Below are positions 1 through 10,026 of a stretch of DNA of 64,000 nucleotides, piece after piece. The DNA comes from an uncultured Desulfarculus sp. (GTDB taxonomy: Bacteria; Desulfobacterota; Desulfarculia; Desulfarculales; Desulfarculaceae), in NCBI GenBank assembly GCA_963665125.2, contig CAXXUK010000002.1, positions 672,001-736,000 on the forward strand, written 5' to 3'. The stretch's first letter is position 1. Every line of letters begins with the position of its first letter. Under the pieces are notes generated by a model. The model saw only the letters and a list, made by a program, of their open reading frames with translations, was not told the DNA's origin and made no database searches. Position numbers and translations under genes: made by a program.

Positions 1-261
1 TGCGCTCACCTCGCTACCATCTTTAACACCCCCTTTCGACGCCATGAAGCCATCTTAAAATGGCTATTTCGGCTTGACATGATAAGCTATAGGTGGCTAT
101 ATGAAGCGTATGCAGGAACTTATAAGGTGCTTAAATTTGACAAGACAATTTGTATCTGCTTGAATTGACACGCGATATCAGCAGGTTAAATACTCTGAAA
201 CCAAACCAATAAAACAAACATCACGTATCAGCCAGCCGTAAAGACACACGGAGGGAAGAAG

Positions 262-573
262 ATGGAAATCGTTTACGAAGACGGCAAGGAAGTGCTCAAG
301 CCTGAAAACGCATTCGAGTGGTTCTTTATCGGGAAAAAGACCTCGCGCGGGTCGGCTTTCTGGCAATACGCGCTTGCAGCGCTTTTCATTCTATGGGCTG
401 TGTATGCCATTTACGTTCCGTACTACCAGGAACATAGGTCCTCTGCCTACAATCCAATCGGCTACCAGCTTAGAAATGCCGTTCCCCAAAACCACTCTGA
501 AGGGGCATTGGCCTCCTTGCTTGGCCGGGATTACAACCGCCATAAGATCAGAAACAACATTTTGGGCCGATAA
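262..573 (+). CDS. small single-pass membrane protein, unknown function
   Basis: 103-aa ORF with an SD-like GGAGG upstream and one hydrophobic stretch (FWQYALAALFILWAVYAIYV); followed by a hairpin and T-tract near 600-630. Confidence 0.6.
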   Translation: MEIVYEDGKEVLKPENAFEWFFIGKKTSRGSAFWQYALAALFILWAVYAIYVPYYQEHRSSAYNPIGYQLRNAVPQNHSEGALASLLGRDYNRHKIRNNILGR

Positions 574-680
574 AATGCGGCTGTCCAAAACCCACCTTGG
601 CCCCGGTCTCAGCACCGGGGCTTTTCTTTGGCTCCAAAATATTAAATAGTCTATAATATTAACAAAATAACCTAAAAGCC

Positions 681-1631
681 GTGTCTCTTCCCCGCAAAAT
701 TGCATTCCTCATCCTCACAGCCCTGGTTTGCGTACTGGTACCCGGCCATGCGCTGGCTGACGATTCGCGCCTGGAAACGGCGGCCGACGCCCTGGAAGCC
801 CAGTACGACGAGGTCGAGGCGCGCAAGGCCGACTTGGTCACCAAGATGCAGGCCGAGGATCAAATCGAATATCGGCAGGAAAAGGCGAAAGTCAATCAGG
901 ACTGGATCAACGATGTCCTCAAACATGACGAGAGATCAAAGATCCTTCCAGGCACTCTACAAAATTCGCAAACGGGTATCCTGAGCGCCAGCGATCAACA
1001 GACCCTGCGCCGCAACATCCAAAACTACTGGCATAACCCCGAAAGCGAGCTGTATTCGCCCAGCCACCCGATGTACCGCGCCGCCACCTTGATGGAAAAG
1101 GCGGTTTTCGGCGAGGGCCTTACCAGCGCCGAGGCCGAGGAATTGGAGGGGTTGGGCGAGATGATCGGGCAGGAAATAGAGGACCTGGAGCGGCGGCAAA
1201 AGGAGGCTGCGGTGGCCATCAGCGCCGCTCAAGCCGCCTTGAACGAAAGCACCTTCGAACTGGAACAGATCAAATCCACGGGCATCGATATTTTCGAATT
1301 CATGGTGCCGGTGGGCGGAACTGACAAAATCGTCTACAACCGCCGCAACTCAAACGAACTGCTGCAAAAAACCATCATTCTTTACTATGACTATCTCAAG
1401 GTGATCATCACCACCCTGGTTTCATTGATGATCGTCTGGGGCGGCTTAGAATGGGCGTCCTCGGGCGGCAACCCCGAGCGTGTCAAATCCGGCCGAAACA
1501 AGATCGTCAACGCCTTGGCCTCGCTTGCGCTTTTCATTGTTCTGGGCCTGATCCTGCAAACCATCAACCCCGACTTCTTCGGCGATCCACCAGATAACAC
1601 CCAGCAGGAGACTGGTGGCAGCTCTCAATAA
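681..1631 (+). CDS. secreted coiled-coil protein with C-terminal CPR-type TrbC/VirB2-like pilin domain
   Basis: N-terminal signal peptide ending ALA-DD; C-terminus IVWGGLEWASSGGNPERVKSGRNKIVNALASLALFIVLGLILQTINP matches the Patescibacteria T4SS-pilin pattern. Confidence 0.75.
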   Translation: MSLPRKIAFLILTALVCVLVPGHALADDSRLETAADALEAQYDEVEARKADLVTKMQAEDQIEYRQEKAKVNQDWINDVLKHDERSKILPGTLQNSQTGILSASDQQTLRRNIQNYWHNPESELYSPSHPMYRAATLMEKAVFGEGLTSAEAEELEGLGEMIGQEIEDLERRQKEAAVAISAAQAALNESTFELEQIKSTGIDIFEFMVPVGGTDKIVYNRRNSNELLQKTIILYYDYLKVIITTLVSLMIVWGGLEWASSGGNPERVKSGRNKIVNALASLALFIVLGLILQTINPDFFGDPPDNTQQETGGSSQ

Positions 1632-1646
1632 TTCTTTTTCCTTCAA

Positions 1647-4436
1647 ATGATCAAAGCCAAATCCGAAATTCCCAAATGGAAGGTCGTCCTGTCGTCCGTG
1701 CTGATGCTGGGCATGACCTTTCATTCCTGCTTCATGAGCGGCCCCGGCCAGGGCGGACCCATCGAACAGACCATATCGATCCAAAAAGCCGAAGCCGTGG
1801 CCCCGGCCGTATGGCTGCTGGTTAGCATATTCGCCGCCGATGCCACCGCCGTGGCGACAACCGGTAAGAGCATCATCATCGGGCCGATCCTCAAGACGAG
1901 CTTCAACAACGTCATCGGCCCGGCCCTCAATGGTTTCCTGTCCTCGGTGGCCTACGTGGAATACGTGACCATCAAACTACTGAACATGGGCTACACCTAT
2001 TTTTACGACAAGATGTTTGACGTGCCACCGGAGGTTAAAACCATCTGGCAGAAGATGCGCGACTTCGTCAATATCTGCGCCGTGGTCGTGTTTATGGTTC
2101 TGGTGCTGGCCAATCTTTTTGGCATCAGGCCTAACACATATTCCATCAAAAAGGCTTTGCCGAGGGCGCTGCTGGCCCTTGTTGCGGTGAACCTCTCCTA
2201 TGTCATCGCCATATTCGTGATGGACAACGCCCGCTTGGTCACCGATATCATCGGCGGGCTGTTCGACTTCAAGGATGTCACCGACTTTCAGTTCGTGGAG
2301 TTTTCCCGCTTTCTGCAAGTGAATCCGGATTCGGTCCGAGATCAATTCACCCTCACCGTGCAGATCATCCTCTGCGGAATATTCATGTTCATGATGATCC
2401 TGCCGCTGTTCGCCATCACCGCCGCCCTGGTTATGGCCACGGTGATGATCTGGTTGCTGCTGGCCGTTTCGCCTCTGGCTTACCTTGGCCTGATGGTGCC
2501 CGGCCAGGACCAGATCTGGCGCTATTGGTGGAAATCGTTCATCACCCTGTTGCTGATTCCCATCAAGATCACCTTCATTCTGGGCATGGTTTTCATGGTC
2601 CAGAAGGCCTTTGTCTTCGGCTCGCTGGAAGGCATGGTCACCGAGGTAAGCAGCACCACCGAGCTGAACCAGAATGGCCTGGCCGCCGTGTTCGAGGAGG
2701 TGCTCAAGTATCTGCCGTTTTTCCAGGAGGCCAACTATGAGCAGGTCAACGCCAGCGTGCGCTTCGAGGGTCTGCTGATGTATGTCCTGGTGACCATGGG
2801 GCTGTGGGTCGCCGTGCGCAAGGCCCTGGACAATAGCCTCACCGGCCGGATTCTGGATTTCGCCGAGCGGGGCGGTAAGTTCCTGAGCCGCCAGGTGGGA
2901 AGGGCCACAGGAGCAGTCGGCTACGCGCCGTGGAGCGCCTTTAAGACGGCCAAGGCAGGCTTGGAGCGCCGCAAGGAGCGCAAGCATTTCGGCCGTCTGG
3001 CCTTAAACACCCGCAGCAAGGCCATGGACCTGATGACCAATGCGGCCGAACACCGCCGTATGGCGGGGACCGCCGCCACGGATGCGGATCGCCAAAGCCA
3101 CATTCAGCAAGCATTCGAGATGGAGGCCAAAGCCGATCACCTAAACAGCGATGTGCGCCACTACGACAATCTGAGCCAGAGCACCTTCCGCAAGCGCGGC
3201 AATCTGAAGGCCTTTCGCTCGGAACAGGAGAGCGTGGAAGAGCGGATCAAGGAGGTGAAGGAGCGCATGGCCAGGGGCGACAGCGTGGACAAGGACCGCG
3301 AGCTTGATTTCAACACCCAGCTTCGTTTGCTGGAAAACCGCAAGGCCGAACTGGCCCAGCACGACGAGGCGGGCAAGGAGACCCGCAAGGGCAGGCTGGG
3401 CGGAGCCACTCGCTTTGCCTCCGACTTTGCCGGGGAGACCGTGGGCGCTTACCTCAAGTCGGGCAGCGCCCTGGAGGCAGGCAAGAAGATTTTGATGCAG
3501 GCCAAAGGCAACCGGGAGTGGGCCAGGGATCAGGAAGCGACCGAGATCGCCCACAACGTGGCCAAGGCAATCACCTGGCTCAACACCAAATCGCCTACTC
3601 TGGGCGGCATCGTGGGCAAGACCGGCGCTGACGACTCCATCGAAGGCGCGTTGAATCGCGAGGTGGATGCAAAGCACAAGGATGCGGTCAAGGGCAAATA
3701 CGCCGATGTGTTGGAGCACGGCACCACCGGCGAGCTGATGAGCGGGCTGGAGTCCATCAAGAAGAGCGACCGCCTGTCCCAGGTGGCCCGCGAGACGTTC
3801 ATCTCCGCGCTGATCCAGAAGGCCGAGTTCATGTCCTTTGACGAGGCCAGGCGCTTCCAGAAGATCATCAACAGTGCGCATGACAAGGCCATAAAGGGCC
3901 TGGACAAGAAGGTCCGGCCGGAGTTTGAAAAATCCTTCAAGGACATGGCCGGGATCATGCGCTCCAAGTCGCCGTTCTTCATCAACGCCCGGATCACCGA
4001 CACCGGCTTTCACGGCTTTGCCGAGGGCGACGCCGCGTACAACCTCTCGAAAATTACCATGAACCTGGCCAAGAACCCGTCGTTCCCCGAGCTGATGAAT
4101 TTCCTCAAAAACGAGCTGGAGCAAGGCCGAAAGGTCTACAAGGGCAACTTCTCCAGCACCATCTACAACAATTTCAACGACAGGCAGCAGGCCGCGTACT
4201 TCGAGATTCCCGACGATTCCCTGACCAATATGAAATCTTTTGTGGATGCCTTTATCGCCGAGCAGGACGTAACCGTGCAGCAGGCCTTTCAGGACCTCAA
4301 GGACGAGATAGAGCAGAAGGAAGCGGACCGCGCGGCCGCCGACGCGGCAGACACCCGCACCATCAACCGCCTGGACCGCGAAATCACCACCCTGCAAAAG
4401 CAGCTGGCCAAGTTCCTGGAGAAGCTATCCATTTAA
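1647..4436 (+). CDS. large polytopic membrane protein, CPR-type VirB6/TrbL-like, with long soluble C-terminal tail
   Basis: 929 aa; motif WQKMRDFVN...YSIKKALPRALLALVAVNLSYVIAIFVMD and LLAVSPLAYL...WWKSF resemble Patescibacteria VirB6-like proteins. Confidence 0.7.
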   Translation: MIKAKSEIPKWKVVLSSVLMLGMTFHSCFMSGPGQGGPIEQTISIQKAEAVAPAVWLLVSIFAADATAVATTGKSIIIGPILKTSFNNVIGPALNGFLSSVAYVEYVTIKLLNMGYTYFYDKMFDVPPEVKTIWQKMRDFVNICAVVVFMVLVLANLFGIRPNTYSIKKALPRALLALVAVNLSYVIAIFVMDNARLVTDIIGGLFDFKDVTDFQFVEFSRFLQVNPDSVRDQFTLTVQIILCGIFMFMMILPLFAITAALVMATVMIWLLLAVSPLAYLGLMVPGQDQIWRYWWKSFITLLLIPIKITFILGMVFMVQKAFVFGSLEGMVTEVSSTTELNQNGLAAVFEEVLKYLPFFQEANYEQVNASVRFEGLLMYVLVTMGLWVAVRKALDNSLTGRILDFAERGGKFLSRQVGRATGAVGYAPWSAFKTAKAGLERRKERKHFGRLALNTRSKAMDLMTNAAEHRRMAGTAATDADRQSHIQQAFEMEAKADHLNSDVRHYDNLSQSTFRKRGNLKAFRSEQESVEERIKEVKERMARGDSVDKDRELDFNTQLRLLENRKAELAQHDEAGKETRKGRLGGATRFASDFAGETVGAYLKSGSALEAGKKILMQAKGNREWARDQEATEIAHNVAKAITWLNTKSPTLGGIVGKTGADDSIEGALNREVDAKHKDAVKGKYADVLEHGTTGELMSGLESIKKSDRLSQVARETFISALIQKAEFMSFDEARRFQKIINSAHDKAIKGLDKKVRPEFEKSFKDMAGIMRSKSPFFINARITDTGFHGFAEGDAAYNLSKITMNLAKNPSFPELMNFLKNELEQGRKVYKGNFSSTIYNNFNDRQQAAYFEIPDDSLTNMKSFVDAFIAEQDVTVQQAFQDLKDEIEQKEADRAAADAADTRTINRLDREITTLQKQLAKFLEKLSI

Positions 4437-4445
4437 TCCAAAGCA

Positions 4446-5000
4446 ATGCCCAATCCCAAGCGCCCCAAAAAGACCGAGGCCAAGCACCAGGCCAGCGACC
4501 CCAGGGTCGCTCCTGAGGAGTTGCAGAAGCCCTTGCCGACCTTTAGCGCCACCCCGCATACCCAAAAGCTGTCAGAAACAACCCGGACGCCCCAGGCGCG
4601 GCCTGAATCCTCGGACCCGTTTCCTCCTTCATTCGCTTCCCGGCTGGAGGCCCAGACGGACCGGCGGGCGCGGCAGGCCGGGGTGAGCGCGCCCCAGGGC
4701 CTGAGCAACCGGGAGCAGTGGCAGTGGCGGGGCCGCAGCGAAAAGGCGGGCCTTGCGCTCCCCGGCCGCGACCGGCAGGCGCGGCAATCCACAATCTCTC
4801 ACGCTCTTGGCCAAGCCGGAGCAATGGCCTTGAAAGCGCCCCTGACCCTGGGAATGGAGGCTGTCAAAGGCACCGGCCGCATGGCCCTGGACGCGGCCAA
4901 GGCCCTGGCCCTGGTGGTGCGCGCGCCAGTGCTGGTCTTCGTCCTGATCTTCGTTATCTGCATCGGCCTGGTGATTGGCCTGACCATGCCCAAAGCCTAA
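4446..5000 (+). CDS. hypothetical protein with low-complexity N-terminus and C-terminal TM helix (possibly truncated)
   Basis: co-oriented 9 bp after the preceding gene; ends just after a TM segment. Confidence 0.55.
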   Translation: MPNPKRPKKTEAKHQASDPRVAPEELQKPLPTFSATPHTQKLSETTRTPQARPESSDPFPPSFASRLEAQTDRRARQAGVSAPQGLSNREQWQWRGRSEKAGLALPGRDRQARQSTISHALGQAGAMALKAPLTLGMEAVKGTGRMALDAAKALALVVRAPVLVFVLIFVICIGLVIGLTMPKA

Positions 5001-5016
5001 AATTAACTTAATCTAT

Positions 5017-5523
5017 ATGACACAGACCCAAGACTTGAATCGTGCCCAGGAGGAGGTGCTGCTGACATGGGAAGCGGCCCAATGGGCCGAGCATCACAGG
5101 GGCAAAACCTGGTGGACCGTGGCCGGCACACTGGTGATGGCGGCCATCATCTTCGCCTTGATTTACGACGCCTGGAGCGCGGCGCTGGCCTTCGCCCTGC
5201 TTGCGGCCACCTATTATCTGCTGTCCCACGAAAAACCCGAGACCCAGGAGATCGTCATCACCGACTTCGCCATCCACATCGATGAAGAGTTCTGGCAGTA
5301 CTCCCAAATCCGCCATTTCTGGATCATCTATCACCCGTCAAACTCGGGAATGAACGCGCTCCAATTCGAGATCAAACAGGGCCGTTTCACCAAGGTGAAG
5401 AATGTCCTGCTGGAGGGCATGAGCCCGGTGAAGGTCAGGGACGTGCTCGCCCGGCAGATACCCGAGGCTGAGGGCAGGGAAGAGCGCGGAATGGATTTTT
5501 GGACCAGGGTGCTGAAGATTTAG
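5017..5523 (+). CDS. two-TM protein with PH-like soluble domain (DUF5673-like, common in CPR)
   Basis: LLTWEAAQWAEHHRGKTWW, two TM helices, then YSQIRHFWIIY. Confidence 0.65.
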   Translation: MTQTQDLNRAQEEVLLTWEAAQWAEHHRGKTWWTVAGTLVMAAIIFALIYDAWSAALAFALLAATYYLLSHEKPETQEIVITDFAIHIDEEFWQYSQIRHFWIIYHPSNSGMNALQFEIKQGRFTKVKNVLLEGMSPVKVRDVLARQIPEAEGREERGMDFWTRVLKI

Positions 5524-5584
5524 CGGTGAATCCGGAGTTTTTCAGAAAAGCGCTTGGATAATAAGGGGGTCGAGGTGGCTTTAA

Positions 5585-5847
5585 CTAGTTTGATGACTCC
5601 AGGATTTTTTGCAGACTCTTTTTAAGCTCGGGTAAGTCTTTTATGGCCGTTTCCCAAAGCACCGCCAGGGTTATCCTCAGGTAGTCATGAACAAGGCGGT
5701 TGCGCATGCCGATGATCTTGTGCCAAGCAACCTCTGAATGTTTTTCCTTTCAGAAAACTGCGCCTCGGTCATACCCTGCAAATGGCTCTCAATGGCAGAG
5801 ATGCTTTCGAGGATATCATCTATATATAATAGCTGGTTACGGCTCAT
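5585..5847 (-). pseudogene. HEPN/DUF86 RNase toxin pseudogene (internal deletion and frameshift)
   Basis: starts MSRNQLLYIDDILESI in one frame; the C-terminal part WHKIIGMRNRLVHDY (Rx4H motif) is in another frame; the central helix is missing. Confidence 0.75.
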
Positions 5848-6167
5848 AGGACCGGAACTTGTTGACTGAGAACCTGCTCGCGGATTCGCGGCTTGAGACT
5901 CTCGAAAAAGCCCAGATCAATCTTGCAACCCAACTCGGTGCTGAGTTCATCTTCAAGATCCTGAAGGTCAAACATGGATTTGCGGTTCGGGCCAAAGTCG
6001 ATGAGAATATCCAGATCGCTGCCCGGTCGCGCTTCGCCTCTGGCCATGGAACCGAAAATGGAAGCGCGCACCACCCCATGACGACGCAGAATCGGTTCAA
6101 TCCTGGACTTTATACTCTCCAGGTTTAGCTGGCGTTCGGGGCTGCTTTGATACTGTTGAGTTTCCAT
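5844..6167 (-). CDS. MNT minimal nucleotidyltransferase antitoxin
   Basis: IFGSMARGEARPGSDLDILI (GS...DxD); likely start METQQ at 6167. Confidence 0.85.
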   Translation of the reverse strand: METQQYQSSPERQLNLESIKSRIEPILRRHGVVRASIFGSMARGEARPGSDLDILIDFGPNRKSMFDLQDLEDELSTELGCKIDLGFFESLKPRIREQVLSQQVPVL

Positions 6168-6336
6168 TGACAATCCTAATAATTGAACACACGAGTAGTG
6201 TAGCAGATTGTGATTATTACACAAAGCCTTTCGAATAGTGTTCAAACACCTATAGTGCCCTGGCGGCGAGATTATTGGGAAACATTTCACAAGATTGGCG
6301 CAAATACCACCCAGTTCTGATGATTCCAATGCCGGA

Positions 6337-6618
6337 TTAAATGCCGAGCTTTGAATGGGAGCCCAGGCGCACCAACTGGAGCCGCGAGTCATCGGGCAGC
6401 CGGTAGATCAGCACCAGGTCGGGTTTGATGTGGCAGTCCCGATGGTCTTTCCGGTCCCCGGTCATGGCGTGGTCGCGGCAGGAATCGGGCAAGGGCTGGT
6501 CAGTAGCCAACGCACCGATCACAAGGCGAAAATCAGCATCCAGCGTGCTGCGGTGCTTGCCCATTTTCTCTCTTTTGTAGTCGGCTTTGAATCTGCTGGT
6601 GCGCTCAATCGTCCGCAT
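6337..6618 (-). CDS. yafQ: YafQ-family mRNA interferase toxin
   Basis: RDHAMTG...RDCHIKPDLVLIY...LVRLGSHS. Confidence 0.9.
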   Translation of the reverse strand: MRTIERTSRFKADYKREKMGKHRSTLDADFRLVIGALATDQPLPDSCRDHAMTGDRKDHRDCHIKPDLVLIYRLPDDSRLQLVRLGSHSKLGI

Positions 6619-6868
6619 TCAAATCCGCCATCAGATCATCAACACTGTCGAACGAATCGAGATTGCCCTGGCGGGCCTCCTTCATGGCTTCGATGGTTTC
6701 GGCATTTGGCACCAGGGGGCTGAACGGCAGTGCGTGCTCCAGGGCCACGCGCACCAGCATCATGCGCACGGCGTCTGATACGGTCAGGCCCATGGCCTTG
6801 AGCACCGCAGCGGCTTCGTTTTTTATGTCCTTGTCGATACGCGCCTGGACCAGAGCGTTTGTGGGCAT
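6605..6868 (-). CDS. dinJ: DinJ/RelB antitoxin
   Basis: VQARIDKDIK..AAAVL..MGLTVSDAVR...LPF...PNAETIEAM; overlaps yafQ. Confidence 0.9.
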   Translation of the reverse strand: MPTNALVQARIDKDIKNEAAAVLKAMGLTVSDAVRMMLVRVALEHALPFSPLVPNAETIEAMKEARQGNLDSFDSVDDLMADLNADD

Positions 6869-6927
6869 TTTCGCCTCCTACATTACGTTGTATTACAAGT
6901 GTATTACACTTGGGCCGGATGTCAATC

Positions 6928-7137
6928 TTAAGCTGTGGTTTCAGAAGAGGCCGCGCACTCGCTTGCGGCGGTTTTGAGCATCCCGGCAAACTCGGTGAGC
7001 GTCTCGGGATCGGCCGCGAAAGTCAGGGTCATCAATTGGTCGGTGTCGCTGATCTCAACGCGCACGAAGGGTTCTTCCAGATAACGCTCGGTCTTGATGC
7101 GGAAGATTAAGCCTTCGGCCTCTAGGTTTCTTTCCAT
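6928..7137 (-). CDS. small acidic hypothetical protein
   Basis: 69-aa ATG ORF with protein-like composition. Confidence 0.45.
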   Translation of the reverse strand: MERNLEAEGLIFRIKTERYLEEPFVRVEISDTDQLMTLTFAADPETLTEFAGMLKTAASECAASSETTA

Positions 7138-7373
7138 TTTGATGGATTAAAAATAGACGTACACAAAGCGGGCAACCCGCCTGGGTTACCTTCGCGACGG
7201 ATAACATCGGAAGCAAGCGGGAAGCCCGCCCTGTGTCGATGTTATCCGGAGATTGACTCATGAATAAAGGTAACCGGTATCCATTAAAGCGGATGCGGAA
7301 AAACTGTCAAGGTGAAATGATGGGGCAAATTTATTTGGGCCGCTTCGCGTCCCTTTTTGTTTCCTACGATGGA

Positions 7374-7557
7374 GTAATGGGTCCCCACATCTTACCAGGT
7401 AAGGATTTGGCGGACTCAGAGTTTTTTTGGCGCGCTGCTTTGCATCGCGATAAAAAACTCCGCTCTGTCAAGCCGCGCTTCGCGGGCTGTGACAGCCGCC
7501 AATCCACCTGGCGTAGGGGGATTACACCCAGAAGCACGAGGTGCTTCTGGGCTTTTT
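7374..7557 (+). promoter_or_regulatory. nested stem-loop element, Frpo/ssi-like single-strand promoter candidate or structured RNA
   Basis: nested complementary arms ccaggt/acctgg, ttggcgg/ccgccaa, gagtttttt/aaaaaactc and tgtca...tgaca; then hairpin cccagaagcac-gag-gtgcttctggg followed by cttttt. Confidence 0.5.
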
Positions 7558-7670
7558 AAATCTTTTACTGATCAACATGAAGAACAAAGACCCGCCAACG
7601 GAAAAGGCGAGCACAAGGCCCGCCTGATCCCAGACAAAACCATTTTAGCAAATATTCTTAACTCATCAAA

Positions 7671-8360
7671 ATGAAAGTATATTTACACCCAGAATCTCAA
7701 ATATTGGATTTGAAGCAATGCCCCGAAACCGGTCGCGGCATTTTAGTCATCGATGCTCACGATATCATTGATGGCAACAGCTATCCTACAGAGGTTAAAT
7801 GCGACTACGAGATCACCGAACGCGAATTGCTAGCAAATCTTGGGAGCCGCGAAGAGTGGAGTGATTATTATTCTCTTAGCGTATATAGCGACAGTGCAGG
7901 CAACCTCAGTTGCATCGATTTCGATGACCGATTCAAGCGCGGCTCAGGGGCCGTGCCGAAGATGATCGTGGGCGGCAAGCCGGGAGTGATGATCAAGGAT
8001 TTGGTGCGGCACATGAAGCGTAAAACCCATGCGGCGATGATCGGTGTGGAAAACGAAAAACCCGACATTGTCATGGGCTGCAAGGTTGATTTTGAAGCCC
8101 TCAAGCTGCTTGACTTCCGCAGGCTGTCCAAAGAGGTGCTGCGCGAAAACGGATTGTCCGAAATGACCGAATCCTCATTCAAGACGCTGTATCCACGCTT
8201 TCACAAGGTCTACAAGACCACCGTGGACGAGGTTTGGGCCGCCTTCCAGAGGAGCCTTCTGGTGGAGGAGAAAGAGAGGCTTTTACCGCCGAAGCCGGAG
8301 CCAAAGCCGGATAGCATGTGGTCTGAGTTCCGGCGCTTCCTGGGTTTCGGTCGAGTTTAG
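7671..8360 (+). CDS. hypothetical protein
   Basis: 229-aa ATG ORF followed by a terminator-like hairpin. Confidence 0.7.
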   Translation: MKVYLHPESQILDLKQCPETGRGILVIDAHDIIDGNSYPTEVKCDYEITERELLANLGSREEWSDYYSLSVYSDSAGNLSCIDFDDRFKRGSGAVPKMIVGGKPGVMIKDLVRHMKRKTHAAMIGVENEKPDIVMGCKVDFEALKLLDFRRLSKEVLRENGLSEMTESSFKTLYPRFHKVYKTTVDEVWAAFQRSLLVEEKERLLPPKPEPKPDSMWSEFRRFLGFGRV

Positions 8361-8366
8361 AATCTA

Positions 8367-8398
8367 CCGCCTGCCCGGAGCGGCAATCCGGGCTTTTT
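8367..8398 (+). repeat. 32-bp intergenic hairpin/terminator repeat, copy 1
   Basis: ccgcctgcccggagcggcaatccgggcttttt; 2 mismatches to 10939-10970. Confidence 0.8.
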
Positions 8399-8418
8399 AA
8401 ATCTTATTTCCCTATAAA

Positions 8419-9318
8419 ATGAACAACACTTATCAAGTCCGCGAGGTATACCCGGCCCAGGAATTGCGCCTGAATCGCAAAGACCGCCGCGACTGGAACC
8501 GCCGCGCAAACAGCATGTACAGCCGCAAGGCCATGCTGGAGCGTTTCACCGGCAACGGCGGCCTGCACTCCATCAAACGCACCGATTTCAAGAGCTTTGG
8601 CGCGTATTCCCGCGCCAAGCAGCGCCTGGAAAAGGGCCAGTTCTTCACGCCGTTGCCCCTGTGCCGGGCCGTGGTGGAGATGCTCGAGATCGAGCCCGGC
8701 TCCACAGTGGCCGACATCTGCTGCGGCAAGGGATCGTTTTTCAACTACCTGGACGGCTGCCGGACGCAGGGCGTTGAGGTGGACGCCACGGCGGCCAGGG
8801 TCGCCCGCAGGCTCTTCCCAAAAGCGGCCATCCAGTGGGCCGACATGCGCCGCATGAAGCCCCTGGAACCCTGCGACTACATCGTGGGCAATCCGCCGTA
8901 CAACCTGGAACTGAGTGCTCCAGGCCACCCTCTGGCCAACGCCCACGGCAAGGTCATCTCCCAGGCGCTGTACCTGGAAAAGTGCTTTGAATCGCTCAAA
9001 CCCGGCGGCCTGCTGGCCATGGTCGCCCCGCATTTCAAGCGGCCCTCACGCTACCTCAAGGCTGACTGGAACAAGCTGGCCGCCTATGTCCGAGAGCGCT
9101 TTGACACGATAGCCGTGGTGGAGCTTCCTCGCGACGCCTTCGAGCACCTCGGGGTGCGCGACTTCCCCACCAAGATCGTGGTCTACCGCAAGAAGGGCGG
9201 CGGCGCGCAGTGGAGCGGAGACGCCTTCAGGCACGCCTTTACAGACAACGCAGGGTTGCTGAAGGCATGGCGCGGCTCCCCGCAATACGCGCAGATGAAA
9301 GAGGCGAAGCGCGGATAA
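8419..9318 (+). CDS. orphan N6-adenine DNA methyltransferase
   Basis: GQFFTP, DICCGKGSF (motif I) and VGNPPY (motif IV); no adjacent restriction nuclease. Confidence 0.85.
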   Translation: MNNTYQVREVYPAQELRLNRKDRRDWNRRANSMYSRKAMLERFTGNGGLHSIKRTDFKSFGAYSRAKQRLEKGQFFTPLPLCRAVVEMLEIEPGSTVADICCGKGSFFNYLDGCRTQGVEVDATAARVARRLFPKAAIQWADMRRMKPLEPCDYIVGNPPYNLELSAPGHPLANAHGKVISQALYLEKCFESLKPGGLLAMVAPHFKRPSRYLKADWNKLAAYVRERFDTIAVVELPRDAFEHLGVRDFPTKIVVYRKKGGGAQWSGDAFRHAFTDNAGLLKAWRGSPQYAQMKEAKRG

Positions 9319-9388
9319 GACCGCCCACCCCGGCCGGGAGGGTCAAATCCCGGCAATGTGCTATAATATTTACACTTTACAACTCAAA

Positions 9389-9772
9389 ATGATTACCAAA
9401 TTCCTGACCTCGCTTCCCGATGCGCTCAAAGACCGTTTGTTCCCCACCATCGCCACCAAAAAGGTGAATGGCAAACTCATGTTCGCCTTTCACAGGCCTG
9501 GTGGCGTTTGGCGCTTGTTCGATTCTTTCAGCAGCCTGCAAAAGTATTTGCGTGACGATGAAAAAACATGGTGCTTTGAGGCGGAGACCGAGGAAGAACT
9601 CGAAAGATACGAACCTCACGATTTTGCGCGGGAGGCGGCATGCGGCTGGCTTGCCTGGAACAGGCAACGTGAGGCCGCCGAAGACCTGCGCGATCCCAAG
9701 AACCTTGCCGATCTGCATTCCCTGAAAGAAGAAGCCAAGACCATCATCCGCCGGTTGGCCCGCGAGGCCTGA
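9389..9772 (+). CDS. hypothetical protein
   Basis: ORF in a co-directional block; likely start MITKF. Confidence 0.6.
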   Translation: MITKFLTSLPDALKDRLFPTIATKKVNGKLMFAFHRPGGVWRLFDSFSSLQKYLRDDEKTWCFEAETEEELERYEPHDFAREAACGWLAWNRQREAAEDLRDPKNLADLHSLKEEAKTIIRRLAREA

Positions 9773-9803
9773 TACGTGATTTAAATATTATTAACCAGCC
9801 ACA

Positions 9804-10025
9804 ATGCTCACCGAAAAAGACTACCATCTCGATCCCGAGGAAATCTCCGAAAGCAAGGCTCGCGTTATGCTCAATGAATTCTATTTGGCGGCCAGGAACA
9901 ATCAAGACACGCGCGCCCGCGAAAAGGCCTTTGAATTTATAGAATATCTATCCGAAAACCAGCTTTTGGATGGAACGGAGGCCTTTGAAGCTGGTAGGAT
10001 ACTCCTAGAGTTACAGGAGGATTAA
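9804..10025 (+). CDS. small acidic hypothetical protein
   Basis: 73 aa, D/E-rich, closely coupled to the next gene. Confidence 0.65.
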   Translation: MLTEKDYHLDPEEISESKARVMLNEFYLAARNNQDTRAREKAFEFIEYLSENQLLDGTEAFEAGRILLELQED

Positions 10026-10026
10026 A

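Noticed and set aside
1977..4397. Long minus-strand ORFs of 336 and 418 aa, and similar antisense ORFs at 18693-19562, 29642-30526, 37456-38427 and 60077-61057
   Set aside because: They are antisense shadows of well-supported high-GC genes and show no motifs.
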